Virus record (IMG/VR): IMGVR_UViG_2706795407_000001
Span: 26,461 to 90,460 of that record
DNA: 64,000 nt
Direction: 5' to 3' (one strand)
From: a virus
Lineage: Duplodnaviria > Caudoviricetes
The notes beneath the pieces are model-generated. The model was not told the DNA's origin and made no database searches. It saw only the letters and a list, made by a program, of their open reading frames with translations. The position numbers and the translations under genes are program-made. Below are positions 46,381 to 55,799 of this stretch, one piece after another. The number at the start of each line of letters is the position of its first letter. Within the stretch, counting starts at the first letter, position 1.

Positions 46381-46565
46381 ACACACCGAGGCGCCCGCCC
46401 ACCCACGACGAGGCCGTGACCATCGCCGTGGCGGCGAGCGGCCTGGCCGGCCATGATGTCTCGCCCGGCGCGATGGATCTCCTCGACCGGATCGGCCGCG
46501 GCGAACTGAGCTACGACCAGGCCGTCGCCGAGGTTATCGCGGAGTTCGGGCAACCTGCCGAGTGA
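46377..46565 (+). CDS. VbhA-like antitoxin
   Basis: AVAASGLAGHDVSP.....L.RIGRGELSYDQAV pattern; no Fic gene adjacent. Confidence 0.65.
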   Translation: MNTPRRPPTHDEAVTIAVAASGLAGHDVSPGAMDLLDRIGRGELSYDQAVAEVIAEFGQPAE

Positions 46566-46599
46566 CTCCCTTCTGACTGCTACCATGGGTGGTGCCTGT

Positions 46600-46665
46600 T
46601 GCGTTGAGCTTCAGGAAGTGAGCCCGAGACCCGGCCGGACGACCGTGGCGCTCGGGCTTCGCGAT
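46600..46665 (-). ncRNA. Candidate DUF3800-associated structured RNA
   Basis: Immediately 3' of DUF3800 gene: CGCGAAG, AGCCCGAG/CTCGGGCT stem, inner CGGTC/GGCCG helix, CACTTCC tail. Confidence 0.5.
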
Positions 46666-46667
46666 TT

Positions 46668-47201
46668 TTAGACGTCTCGGGTGACCGTGACGGCGGGGTT
46701 GATGAGCTTGCGCCAGTCGCCCCCTTTGGCCCAGCACCAGGCGATCGCATCGGGGATGGCCAGCAGCGCGTCGGTGTGTGGGCGTTTGTGCTCGTAGCGC
46801 AGGGTGTCACGGCAACCGGTAGCTCGGGTGTACTCGATGAGTTTCTGGTTGTCGAAGTTGACCATGGTCTCGTCCTCGTCGAGAACGATGTGTGCGTTGA
46901 GCGTGGTGGCATGGTCTTCGATGAGAGCGCGTAGACAAGCTGAGCGGCGCTGGCGCTCGTTGCGATGCTGGGCTCCGGCGCGGTACACGGTGGCTTGTAC
47001 GCCGGCGTCGACGAAGGCTTGAGCGATCGTGCGTTTGCGGCCGTCTTTCTCGTCCTTCATATGCAGGTAGCGCTGTCCGGGCAGGAGCAGACCGCGGACC
47101 ACCTGGCGCAGGGCGGTGAGGTCCGTCGTGATGTGGACGCTGGCCACGAGCAAATAGTCGCGCTGTTTGGTCTCGTCGACGTAGATGTGGCGCGCGCTCA
47201 C
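46668..47201 (-). CDS. DUF3800-family RNase H-like protein
   Basis: IYVDE at N-terminus, LHMK, VLD, LAIPDAIAW. Confidence 0.7.
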   Translation of the reverse strand: MSARHIYVDETKQRDYLLVASVHITTDLTALRQVVRGLLLPGQRYLHMKDEKDGRKRTIAQAFVDAGVQATVYRAGAQHRNERQRRSACLRALIEDHATTLNAHIVLDEDETMVNFDNQKLIEYTRATGCRDTLRYEHKRPHTDALLAIPDAIAWCWAKGGDWRKLINPAVTVTRDV

Positions 47202-47415
47202 GGCAGGCTCCGAGCATTCGGAAGCTTCGCTGAGCGGGCCGCCGGCTGGGCGGTGGTGACGTGGCCGTGGGAATGGTGGGTTTGTGGCTTCACACCGATT
47301 ACTGGCGTGAACTCGCTCAGTTCGCAGGTTCCAGGAGATGGTCCGCGGCCGCGTGAGCGAGTCAACGGTGCGATGCGCAGTCCTACTTGCATGCGGGGAA
47401 CGTTAATGAGCAGGG

Positions 47416-48516
47416 GTGCACACGTCGGTGATCAGTGGCTTTCTCACTAAGCACTATGGGCGCTGGCAGCGGGCGAACTCAAAGGCGACTGAGTGTAGCA
47501 TTGACGACTGCGAGCGTCCATCTATTGGTCGCGGTTGGTGCAGTACGCACTATGGTCGATGGCAGAGAACCGGCGATCCCCTAGGACTTCTTCGAGGGAA
47601 ACCACGAAGTGCGGATTGTTCCGTGGCTGACGAGGACTGCGATTACGGCAGTAAGGGTCGGCTCATCAAGGGGATGTGTCAGCGGCACTACGCCCGAATG
47701 TACAGATCCGGCAGCGTGAAAGCCTTCTCCGAGAAGGAATGCGTCAACTGCGGCACCCAGTTTGTCGCTCGATCGCGAAAAGCGATAACTTGTTCACGGA
47801 TATGCTATTCAAGATATGTACATGGACGGGGAGACAAGTCGTGTGTCCGATGCGGAACGGGCATTAGCCATCTTGTCGGGCCTGTTCAGTACTGCTCAGA
47901 CGATTGCCGCGCGGCGGGTCGTCTGGCGACGGAGGAATCTGAGGGTACGCGTCCGTGCGAATCGTGCCGGAGGCCGATGGTTGTCTCTTACGCGCTACAG
48001 AAGTATTGCAGCACAGCATGCAACGCCTATGCGCAGAGGCACCCCGGCGAACAGAGGATGGTCAATCGAGGGTGCGTGATTTGCGCCGAACCGCTTTCCG
48101 ACAAAAAGGTTAGCGCAAAGTACTGCTCAGAAAAATGTCACACCAGGGCCGCTTACGACAAAAAGCGTCATCGACCGGCGGAATTGAACTGCGAGCTTTG
48201 CGATGCTCCATTCAGGACCAAAATGGCTCGCCAGCGATTCTGCAACCCGAAGTGCGCGGGAGCCTGGCACAAGCAGTCGAGAAGGTATGCAGGTGGACCA
48301 TTCGTTGAGCATGTGTCCATCTCTGTTCTGGCTGACAGGGATGGCTACGTCTGCCAGTTGTGCGGCAATCCTGTTGACATGAGCCTGCGCTTTCCGGATT
48401 CCGGCAGCGCGTCGATGGATCATATCATGCCCGTGTCGCTCGGCGGCGAGCACTCTTACGCCAATACGCAATTGGCGCACCTTTTTTGCAATATTCGCAA
48501 GGGAAATCGGATTTAA
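47416..48516 (+). CDS. HNH endonuclease, 3' part (native sequence from 47452; first 12 codons supplied by the cassette end)
   Basis: Many CxxC repeats; C-terminal CQLC, MDHIMPVSLGGEHSYANTQLAHLFCN. Confidence 0.85.
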   Translation: MHTSVISGFLTKHYGRWQRANSKATECSIDDCERPSIGRGWCSTHYGRWQRTGDPLGLLRGKPRSADCSVADEDCDYGSKGRLIKGMCQRHYARMYRSGSVKAFSEKECVNCGTQFVARSRKAITCSRICYSRYVHGRGDKSCVRCGTGISHLVGPVQYCSDDCRAAGRLATEESEGTRPCESCRRPMVVSYALQKYCSTACNAYAQRHPGEQRMVNRGCVICAEPLSDKKVSAKYCSEKCHTRAAYDKKRHRPAELNCELCDAPFRTKMARQRFCNPKCAGAWHKQSRRYAGGPFVEHVSISVLADRDGYVCQLCGNPVDMSLRFPDSGSASMDHIMPVSLGGEHSYANTQLAHLFCNIRKGNRI

Positions 48517-48794
48517 AAATCCATGGCGAGAGGCTTCTCCTGATGGAGAATGACAACAATGAATGCGATTGCATTGGCGAGGGTGACATTATCCTTCGGG
48601 AATTGCGAATCGTTGAGATCCTGTCCGCCGAGGATGGGGAAATATATAAAATAGACCTATCCCACGATGGCGGCGGCGAGTTGCCTACTGATGGTTACCT
48701 TTTGTTGGCCGAGTGGGCAAAAAGCCTTGCTACAGCGCCGATTATCGCCGATTTGGTGATGGGCTATGTTCAGTCTCTTGAGGATGATGAATGA
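48486..48794 (+). CDS. Hypothetical protein (start probably downstream)
   Basis: Acidic ORF. Confidence 0.5.
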   Translation: MQYSQGKSDLKIHGERLLLMENDNNECDCIGEGDIILRELRIVEILSAEDGEIYKIDLSHDGGGELPTDGYLLLAEWAKSLATAPIIADLVMGYVQSLEDDE

Positions 48795-49076
48795 TTCCGT
48801 GTCATTGTTGTGAATCGTGCAGTTGTGGATGTAACGGCGAAGATTAAGGATTCTGAGGGTGAAATTCTCGCAGGTGCGGGACACGCTAATCAAATACATT
48901 GACGATGATGTAGACCATGACAATCCTGCCACGCCACGCTGGCTGTCGCCGTACAGGAGCGGGTTCCTCATCGCCAAGGGGCGGGATGAGACGCCGTTTC
49001 GGCCGGTGCAGCGTAAGCGCGCCAGCCGGGTACGGAAGCGCCTGCCTGGCGTGAGCATTCCCAAGGCGATCCAGCC

Positions 49077-49313
49077 GTGGAGGGCGAAATGATCGACACT
49101 GTGCGTCATCGCGGTACCCCTGCCGAGCCGTGGGCGAAACCGGGTGAATACGGGGTGATCACCCGTACCGATACGGATCGACTCAGAATTACCCCAGGCT
49201 ATCATGGCTCGCCGTCTCTTGCCCATGTGGCGTGGGCCGATGGTACGTACCACACGTGGGAGTTGCTATCCAGTTTGGCGTTTGTCGGCAAGGGGAAGCG
49301 GAACACTGGATAA
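49077..49313 (+). CDS. Hypothetical protein
   Basis: 78-aa ORF overlapping neighbours. Confidence 0.5.
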   Translation: MEGEMIDTVRHRGTPAEPWAKPGEYGVITRTDTDRLRITPGYHGSPSLAHVAWADGTYHTWELLSSLAFVGKGKRNTG

Positions 49314-49836
49314 GAAGTGTAGCGGGTGTCAGGAACGGAAACCTTTAGAGGATTTTTATAACAATAGGGCGCAGCCAGACGGTAAATCGAATAATTGTCG
49401 CCCTTGCGTCAAGGAGTATGTGCGACGAAGGCACGAAGCCAACCCTAATGCGAGACGCGAGGAAAGCCGCCGGTGGCGTGAGCTTAACCCCGAGAAAGAG
49501 CGCGAAGCCCAGGCTAAATGGTACGCCTCAAATCGTGACAAGTGCTTAGACGGAAATCTACGACGGAAATACAAGTTGTCACTTGAAGGATATTACGCGA
49601 TGCTCGCTGCCCAAGGTGGGGTATGCGCCATTCCTGGCTGCGACACTCCGAGCACTCCCGACAAGCGGTTACACGTAGATCACGATCATTCCTGCTGCAG
49701 CGGGGTCGTAAGCTGTGGAGTATGCGTTCGAGCACTGCTATGCAGCGACTGCAATCAGGCATTGGGGTTTTCGCGTGACGATGCGGACCGGCTGCGGGGC
49801 ATGATTGATTATCTTGAGAGATGGAGCGCTCGATGA
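49204..49836 (+). CDS. Endonuclease VII-family protein with N-terminal Zn finger (start probably near 49305)
   Basis: KKCSGC, YKLSLEGYYAMLAAQGGVCAI, VDHDH, VRALLCSDCN. Confidence 0.85.
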   Translation: MARRLLPMWRGPMVRTTRGSCYPVWRLSARGSGTLDKKCSGCQERKPLEDFYNNRAQPDGKSNNCRPCVKEYVRRRHEANPNARREESRRWRELNPEKEREAQAKWYASNRDKCLDGNLRRKYKLSLEGYYAMLAAQGGVCAIPGCDTPSTPDKRLHVDHDHSCCSGVVSCGVCVRALLCSDCNQALGFSRDDADRLRGMIDYLERWSAR

Positions 49837-50171
49837 GGAGAAAGAGTGGCTAGTCATTCTTGCTCTGTGTGTGGCGAGCCCTTCGATAAGGGTGAGCCAC
49901 GCATCACGGTGAGCGGCCAGCCTCTCCACCCGTGGTGCGATTTGTCAGAGTCCGCGCCTTCGTTCTGCGACGTGCCGGGGTGCGGGTTCCGCTGGACTTA
50001 TCATCGCGGGGAGTGTGTGGTTTGACTGAGCGTGAGTGGCAGCGCCCCCTTTCGCCCGAGAAAATTGAGCAGTTGCGTATCGAGTTCGAGATACTGAAGG
50101 CTCGATACGCCCCGCTTACTCGACGGGGCCGGATGAGGAATTTTTGGGATACCCCGACATTGGGATGAGTA

Positions 50172-50930
50172 ATGATTGAGCCTAACCGTCTCATGGTGGC
50201 GGGCGATTGGCATGGAAATCTGGGCTGGGCACGTAATGCTGTCAAATATGCTGACCAGAATGGTTGCGACGTTATTGTGCACGCGGGCGATTTCGGCGTG
50301 TGGAATGACAATCAGCATGATAACGAATATCTGCGTAAGCTTCAGGCCGAACTAGTCGAGTATGGCGTCACCCTGTATTGGGTGGATGGTAACCACGACT
50401 CGCATGAACGTATCGCCGCCCACATGCCCAGTAGCCACACCCCTTGGTCATTCCCTGAATATCCGAACATCATTCACCTGCCCAGAGGGTACCGGTGGGT
50501 GTGGTTCGGTAAAACATGGATGGCACTCGGCGGGGCCGTCTCGGTGGACAAGATGCACCGCGCTGAGGGTAAATCCTGGTGGGCGGGGGAGACCTTAACT
50601 CTAGAGGATGTTGAACGCGCTTCACGGGGCAAGGTGGACGTGATTATCGCTCACGATTGCCCGTTCGGCGTGCGCATTCCAGGCGTCGGTCCAGCGTCCG
50701 AGGGCGGAAATGGTTGGCCGGTGTGGGTGTTGCAGGAGTCTGAGGAGCATCGCCGCCTGGTTCGGGCTGTGGTTGAGTCGACTCGTCCCACGCTGTATCT
50801 ACACGGGCATTACCATCTTCGGTATCAAGCCTTTTATCAGTATATTGATGGGGCGAGATGCTTGGTTCAGGGTTTAGACTGCGACGGCTCGTCGATGGAT
50901 AGAAATACGCTGTTCATTAATCGGGAGTGA
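50172..50930 (+). CDS. Calcineurin-like metallophosphoesterase
   Basis: GDWHG, AGDFG, DGNHD, AHDCP, HGHYH. Confidence 0.9.
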   Translation: MIEPNRLMVAGDWHGNLGWARNAVKYADQNGCDVIVHAGDFGVWNDNQHDNEYLRKLQAELVEYGVTLYWVDGNHDSHERIAAHMPSSHTPWSFPEYPNIIHLPRGYRWVWFGKTWMALGGAVSVDKMHRAEGKSWWAGETLTLEDVERASRGKVDVIIAHDCPFGVRIPGVGPASEGGNGWPVWVLQESEEHRRLVRAVVESTRPTLYLHGHYHLRYQAFYQYIDGARCLVQGLDCDGSSMDRNTLFINRE

Positions 50931-51139
50931 TTATGCGACGGTGCTTAGCGCGTTTTCTGCACCGCATTGCTAACCTCGTCTATGACGATGAGTGCCGAGA
51001 AAATGTCGACGTGTTAGACGAGTACGGTATTCAGCGTTGTCACATCGAGATCGCGGGGGACGACGATCACGGTTTCGATTTGGCGTCGAACAATCTACCT
51101 CAAGGCTGGCGCCTGCGGGTGGATGAGCGGGAGGTCTGA
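50927..51139 (+). CDS. Hypothetical protein
   Basis: 70-aa ORF overlapping previous stop. Confidence 0.5.
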   Translation: MIMRRCLARFLHRIANLVYDDECRENVDVLDEYGIQRCHIEIAGDDDHGFDLASNNLPQGWRLRVDEREV

Positions 51140-51323
51140 TTGATTTCGGATACTCACCAGGATCGCGGGGATACTCGCCTGCCGGGTTCGTTGATTGTTG
51201 AGCTGCAGGCGTTGGCCTACCGCATGGAGCGGGGTAGGGCTGCTCCGAGAGATTTGACCTATCTGCTCGCCAAGTATGGGTGCCTGGATAACACTAATTT
51301 GGGCACCTTTTGACCGAGCATAA

Positions 51324-51388
51324 TCGCCTAGCCCAGCAGGAATGGGCGACCTGAAAAAAGGTCTCTGGTTCGAGTCCAGGTAGGCGAG
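51324..51388 (+). tRNA. Degenerate tRNA-Phe-like (pseudo-tRNA)
   Basis: TCGCCTA/TAGGCGA acceptor, CTGG-TTCGAGT-CCAG T arm, GACCT-GAAAAA-AGGTC arm with abnormal loop, almost no variable loop. Confidence 0.45.
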
Positions 51389-51529
51389 CCCGTGGGCTCT
51401 CCAGCCACCCTGACATGAGAGCATCTGGCCCAGCATTCTAAGCGGTTGATAAAGCCTTGAAATGGGCAGAAACGCCTTTCGGGCGTCCCGCGGAGTCCGC
51501 CCAGCTGGGGAATAACTGCGGACCTAGGG

Positions 51530-51823
51530 GTGGCACCTTTTAACCGAGCGCGTGATGCGCTCATGATTGCCCGTGATGGGCGGAAAGTAGGCGTGATGCC
51601 TCGTGACAATTTCTTGATGGATAGCCCCGAGAGCCGAGCTTTCGTTTCGGTCGGCTGGTCTAAGCATGACCAGTTAGTGCAGGTCGGCGTGACGCTGGAG
51701 CCTACAGTGAAGGGCGACCCCGAATACTCCGCGTGGGCAGACTTTCCCGACCGCGAGACTATCAATGGGCTAATCCGCAGCTTGCGAAAAGCCCGTGATG
51801 CTGCGTTCGGCAAGGACGCATAG
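51530..51823 (+). CDS. Hypothetical protein
   Basis: VQVGV...L.RETINGLIRSLRKARDAAFGKDA mycobacteriophage motif; start uncertain. Confidence 0.6.
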   Translation: MAPFNRARDALMIARDGRKVGVMPRDNFLMDSPESRAFVSVGWSKHDQLVQVGVTLEPTVKGDPEYSAWADFPDRETINGLIRSLRKARDAAFGKDA

Positions 51824-52037
51824 AGGTTTAAGGCAACTACCTCTTGTGGTTGTCTTCGGTTAGTTCGCCCCGACTGAATGCGAGCATGAGCCCAGTACCT
51901 AGCGGTGCTGGGTCTATCGAGGCTGGCGTCGAGCCCGCGTAGCGAATCGGCGCAAGGCGCGCGGGTGATCGTCTGTCGGTGGTTCAAGCCGTCACTCCCG
52001 CTTTGTCGGGTTGTAGCCGACCGACGCGCGCCATCTT

Positions 52038-52111
<74 letters not shown>

Positions 52112-52247
52112 CGAAATGGCTGGACGACCGTAGAAGCCGGTCGGTCGTGAAAGGCTCCGAATTGGGTGCCAGCCCCTAGGTCGGAGGCTGCATCGACACG
52201 CGGCGCTGGAGTGTCGACGGCAAAGCCCACCGTTACCGGGCTCGTAA

Positions 52248-52320
52248 TGGCCCGTAGCTCAATTGGCAGAGCGCCCGACTGTTAATCGGGTGGTTCCAGG
52301 TTCGAGTCCTGGCGCGCCAG
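52248..52320 (+). tRNA. tRNA-Asn(GTT)
   Basis: TGGCCCG/CGCGCCA acceptor, CCCGA-CTGTTAA-TCGGG, CCAGG-TTCGAGT-CCTGG. Confidence 0.9.
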
Positions 52321-52606
52321 CGTATTCCCCTCTCATTGCGTCCCTCCCGTTCAGCGGTGACACCGAGAGGGGTTAGATTCTTTAGCCCTCTGTATTGCGG
52401 TGTAGGGGGAAGTGCAGGCTAGGATTACCCGCAGGAATGGCGGGGCCTAGTCGGCGCGGCGCTTCTTTGGCTGGCCGAGTCATATAATACGGTCCCCGTA
52501 TGGGTTCCACGGGGTGACGGTTCTCGACGGAGAGCCAAACGGGCCAGTATTCCCCATGCTCAAATGTGACGCGCCAAGACCGCCCACAAGCCTCTGGGGT
52601 TAAACT

Positions 52607-52831
52607 TTAGAACCACCTGATCCGAGTCACGTATTCGGATAGTTCGGGTGTTGCGGGGTGTGCGGGGAACTCCAGCCATCCATCTCCGGTCGCATGGCTG
52701 CGGCCTTGTTCGCGGTCGGTGATCCGCTTCCGGTTGGCGGTGGACACCGTGTAGGTGTCGAAGCTGTAGCGGATGAACTGTCCATTGTCCAGACGTCCGT
52801 ACTCGACTTCTTGGATGAGCTGTTGACCCAT
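52607..52831 (-). CDS. Hypothetical protein
   Basis: RBS AGGAG; upstream TTGACG-18 bp-TAGGCT promoter. Confidence 0.65.
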   Translation of the reverse strand: MGQQLIQEVEYGRLDNGQFIRYSFDTYTVSTANRKRITDREQGRSHATGDGWLEFPAHPATPELSEYVTRIRWF

Positions 52832-52918
52832 TGCGTTCTCCTTGTCGATTGCTTGTATGCGTTGAGCCTATAGCGGATCTAGCGTATGCGTCAACTCACA
52901 TTGGATAGCGCAATATTC

Positions 52919-53269
52919 CTAGACGATATCGAATCGTAGTGTCTTCCCGTTCACTTGTACGACCAGTTCGGCGGTGCCTCCCGCCCCACGCACATATTTC
53001 TCAAGCGTGGAGAGCTTGATGTCTGCCCGGTTTTCGAGCTGGTTGATGGTTGAGGCGATTCCTGGCCCATCTTTGTAGCCCATTGATACGCCTAGTTCTA
53101 GTTGGCTCATGCGGGCGGCTTCGCGGATGGCGGCAAGGTCGAGCGCTGGAGGGCTGGGGGTAGGGGGTTGTTCTCTCTGGCGTGCTCGTCGCTCTAGTTG
53201 GTAATGCTTGCCGCATAGCCCCCCGACGAACGCGGGGCGGGAGCATTTTTGACACTTGCTGGTGTTCAC
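52919..53269 (-). CDS. XRE-family HTH protein with N-terminal Zn finger
   Basis: LAAIREAARMSQLELG...INQLENRADIKLSTLEKYVRGAGG. Confidence 0.8.
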   Translation of the reverse strand: MNTSKCQKCSRPAFVGGLCGKHYQLERRARQREQPPTPSPPALDLAAIREAARMSQLELGVSMGYKDGPGIASTINQLENRADIKLSTLEKYVRGAGGTAELVVQVNGKTLRFDIV

Positions 53270-53282
53270 GCTTGCTATTGTC

Positions 53283-53501
53283 TCACGTGTTCAGTTCGGC
53301 CATGAGTATGCCTGCCTTGATCTGTGCGGCTCTGGTGTTGTCCCAGAGTTCTCCTAGCTTTTGGGCGCTGTAGCCGTCGGCTAGGTGGTGAAAGACAGCG
53401 TGGAAAGCGGTGGATATGCCGATTGAGTAGGCTTGGCGTTCGCTGTCGCCCATTGTGGATGTGTCGTTGGCTATTTTCTGGTTGATCATTTTTCTGTTCA
53501 C
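53283..53501 (-). CDS. Hypothetical protein
   Basis: 72-aa ORF. Confidence 0.5.
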   Translation of the reverse strand: MNRKMINQKIANDTSTMGDSERQAYSIGISTAFHAVFHHLADGYSAQKLGELWDNTRAAQIKAGILMAELNT

Positions 53502-53874
53502 TCGTTGGGATTGTTCATTAATGTTGAACAGTTGAACATTGCGGCTTCGGCTGCTTGCATAGCTTTTTCGCGGCTAGATTCCCGACCCGACGCCAAGACT
53601 TGGGTGTCGCTTTCGATGCGCCAGTGGTAGTCGGTTGGGGTTTGCGGCACCTGGACCCATGCGTTTGTGTTGGTTGAGTTCGAGTCGCCAGATTCCGTCG
53701 TGGTCGAATCCGGTGAACCATTCCCATTTCATCAGTCACACGCCTCGCAGCCGTGTCCGGTCGGGTAGTGGTCGGACTCTCCCATGTGGGACAGGTCGCG
53801 GTACCCGGTCGCGCGGTTTAGCCGGACTTCGATGGACCCGCATGCGGTGCACATTCCGTAGACGGGTTCTTTGG

Positions 53875-54066
53875 TCATCGTTCTGTCTGCCGTTCGATTT
53901 GAAACTTGTCGTAACGTCGGGCGGTACGCACCCCGCCTTCTTTGTAGCGGAGGATGATGTAGCGGGGGTTAAAGGCTAGCCTCGCGCTCTCGATTTCGAC
54001 GGAGTGCCCGTTTTTGGTGATGATGTCGCCAGGGCGTAGGTCACCACCTGAGATTGTCGTTTTCAT
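53875..54066 (-). CDS. Small SH3-like hypothetical protein
   Basis: DLRPGDII motif. Confidence 0.55.
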   Translation of the reverse strand: MKTTISGGDLRPGDIITKNGHSVEIESARLAFNPRYIILRYKEGGVRTARRYDKFQIERQTER

Positions 54067-54079
54067 TGTTCGTCTCGAT

Positions 54080-54322
54080 TCATATCAACCCCATTCTTTC
54101 GGCGGATTCTTCCGCCTCTCGTTTGGCCGTTTCCAGATCATCGGCATATCCGAAGTCCAGAACCTTGCCGCATACGTTATCCTCAACGGTCCATCGGTAG
54201 GCATTCTCTGCGCCTTCAATGGGTGCTGCCCACGCGTTGCGCCGGTCCCCGTTCAGGCGAGCGCAGTGCTTTGAGCCGCCAACAAATCCGGTAAACAGTT
54301 CCCAGTTCATATTAAGCTCCAC
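54080..54322 (-). CDS. Hypothetical protein
   Basis: 80-aa ORF downstream of promoter/operator. Confidence 0.6.
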   Translation of the reverse strand: MELNMNWELFTGFVGGSKHCARLNGDRRNAWAAPIEGAENAYRWTVEDNVCGKVLDFGYADDLETAKREAEESAERMGLI

Positions 54323-54358
54323 TTTCTCATCTTGAGCCCCTAATGTCGGGGGCTGTTG

Positions 54359-54395
54359 AGTTTAAGCCCTTTAGCATCTATGTGTCAATACCTAG
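54359..54395 (-). promoter_or_regulatory. SigA promoter with operator B
   Basis: TTGACA-18 bp-TAAACT; CTATGTGT-CA-ATACCTAG at 54378..54395. Confidence 0.75.
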
Positions 54396-54640
54396 GTTGT
54401 GAGGTAGATGCGGTACAGGTCGTTGGATAGTTCCTCGTTGTCGGGGTGTCGCCAAACTGCCGCCCATCGGGCGTCTAGCTCATCTAGGAGCTGTTGAAGG
54501 CGTTGTTTTGACTGGCGCTGGTAACTGGGCTTCAGCATGACCGTGGGGTGCCATATATGCGCCTCCAGTTCGTCGGCCACTGTGTGCAGCTCGATGGTGG
54601 ATATTGTGGCGAGGTCTACGCTCGCGTCGAACATTTTCAT
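54392..54640 (-). CDS. Hypothetical protein
   Basis: ATG at 54640 (MKMFDAS). Confidence 0.5.
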   Translation of the reverse strand: MKMFDASVDLATISTIELHTVADELEAHIWHPTVMLKPSYQRQSKQRLQQLLDELDARWAAVWRHPDNEELSNDLYRIYLTT

Positions 54641-55600
54641 GCTGCCACCTCGATGCTGGTCTGCGGCGGGACGCTGGCCCCGATTGCACCACCGATGATC
54701 ATGGATGCGATGATCAGCCATCCGATGCCGATGGACTGTGACATTGGTTGATCCTTTCTATTCTGCGGTTACGGCGGGCGGTTCGTGGGGTACTGCGTAG
54801 ATGAAACCTATACTGGCTGCCATTGCGAATTGAACGAGCAGGATGGCGATCACTACTTTGATAAGGGTCGGCACTTCAATCTGTTCGATTCGTTTCATTG
54901 AAGAGTCCTCTCGCAGCGGGTTTGGTACCAGATGGTGCGGGCCGTTTCGATGTAGCGTGTGCGCATGCTGTTCGGCATGAGCGCCCAGTAGAATCCATCA
55001 CGGTTGGCGTGGTATTCGGCTAGGTATCGGATCATCGTCTCGGCCTCCATGCGGTGTGTCCGAGCTTGCGACTGTCCCGCATGGACTGCATGATTTCGAC
55101 GTTCATTTGCTTTCTCCTTAACTGTTGTGGTCGTCTGCCATGATTTGCGCGGTATGATCGCGGAGGCATCCACGTGACCGCCAGCCGCACGGGCAGACCG
55201 CAATGTGCGGGTATCGTCCCGTGGCGTGTTCGACAGTCGCGCGATGCACCGTTTTGAACATGTCGAACGAATTGAGGTAGGCGATAGTGTCGTCTACCGT
55301 TGCGCTGGCCTGCGGTTTAATCGGGCGATTCATCGTCCGCCCCACATCTGCGCGAGACGTTCGCCGGTCATGGCGCGAAGTTCTCGGATAGTCTCGGGCG
55401 AGGACGCGTGACAGTTGAGGCAGCGATTTTTTGGGAAAATCTCTAGCGGGTCAACGCTAATGCCGCAGTCGGTGCACGTGAAGGTTGTCACGTCGTTCTC
55501 CTTAATTGTGGTAGGTGATTCCGATACCGGCGACGGTAGCGATGCCGACAATTCCGCTGATAATGATCAGATAGGCGATAGTGATTGCGTCCATGCATCT

Positions 55601-55637
55601 AGTATGTGCTGACGACTAGCTATGTGTCAACACCTGT
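55601..55637 (-). promoter_or_regulatory. SigA promoter with operator B
   Basis: TTGACA-18 bp-CATACT; CTATGTGT-CA-ACACCTGT at 55620..55637. Confidence 0.75.
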
Positions 55638-55799
55638 AAGGATTTTTTGAGCTTCGCGGATGATCGTTTCTGCGTCTTGCGGGTTTGGTAGCCCTTGGGC
55701 GTAGGCGATGGCCAGGCGCGCGTTGTAGCGTTGCGCTGGTCCCGGTTTTCCCGCTAGCGCCATGTCGAGGCGTCGGCGTGCTTGGTTCATCTTTTCCTC

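Larger units (their letters stand above)
45443..47451. mobile_element. 2009-bp transposase-less insertion cassette bounded by TAAG direct repeat
   Basis: TAAG at 45439..45442 and 47448..47451; visibly higher GC; removal restores reading frame GMCVK-HYGRWQR. Confidence 0.8.

Noticed and set aside
45400-46386. 328-aa minus-strand ORF as a possible transposase
   Set aside because: High-GC shadow of 45535..46380; it crosses the cassette boundary and has no catalytic motif.
45443-47451. Classical IS element, group I/II intron or dif module
   Set aside because: No terminal inverted repeats or transposase motif; ORFs on both strands and no intron core elements seen; ends do not resemble Xer dif sites. 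Kept as an unclassified insertion.
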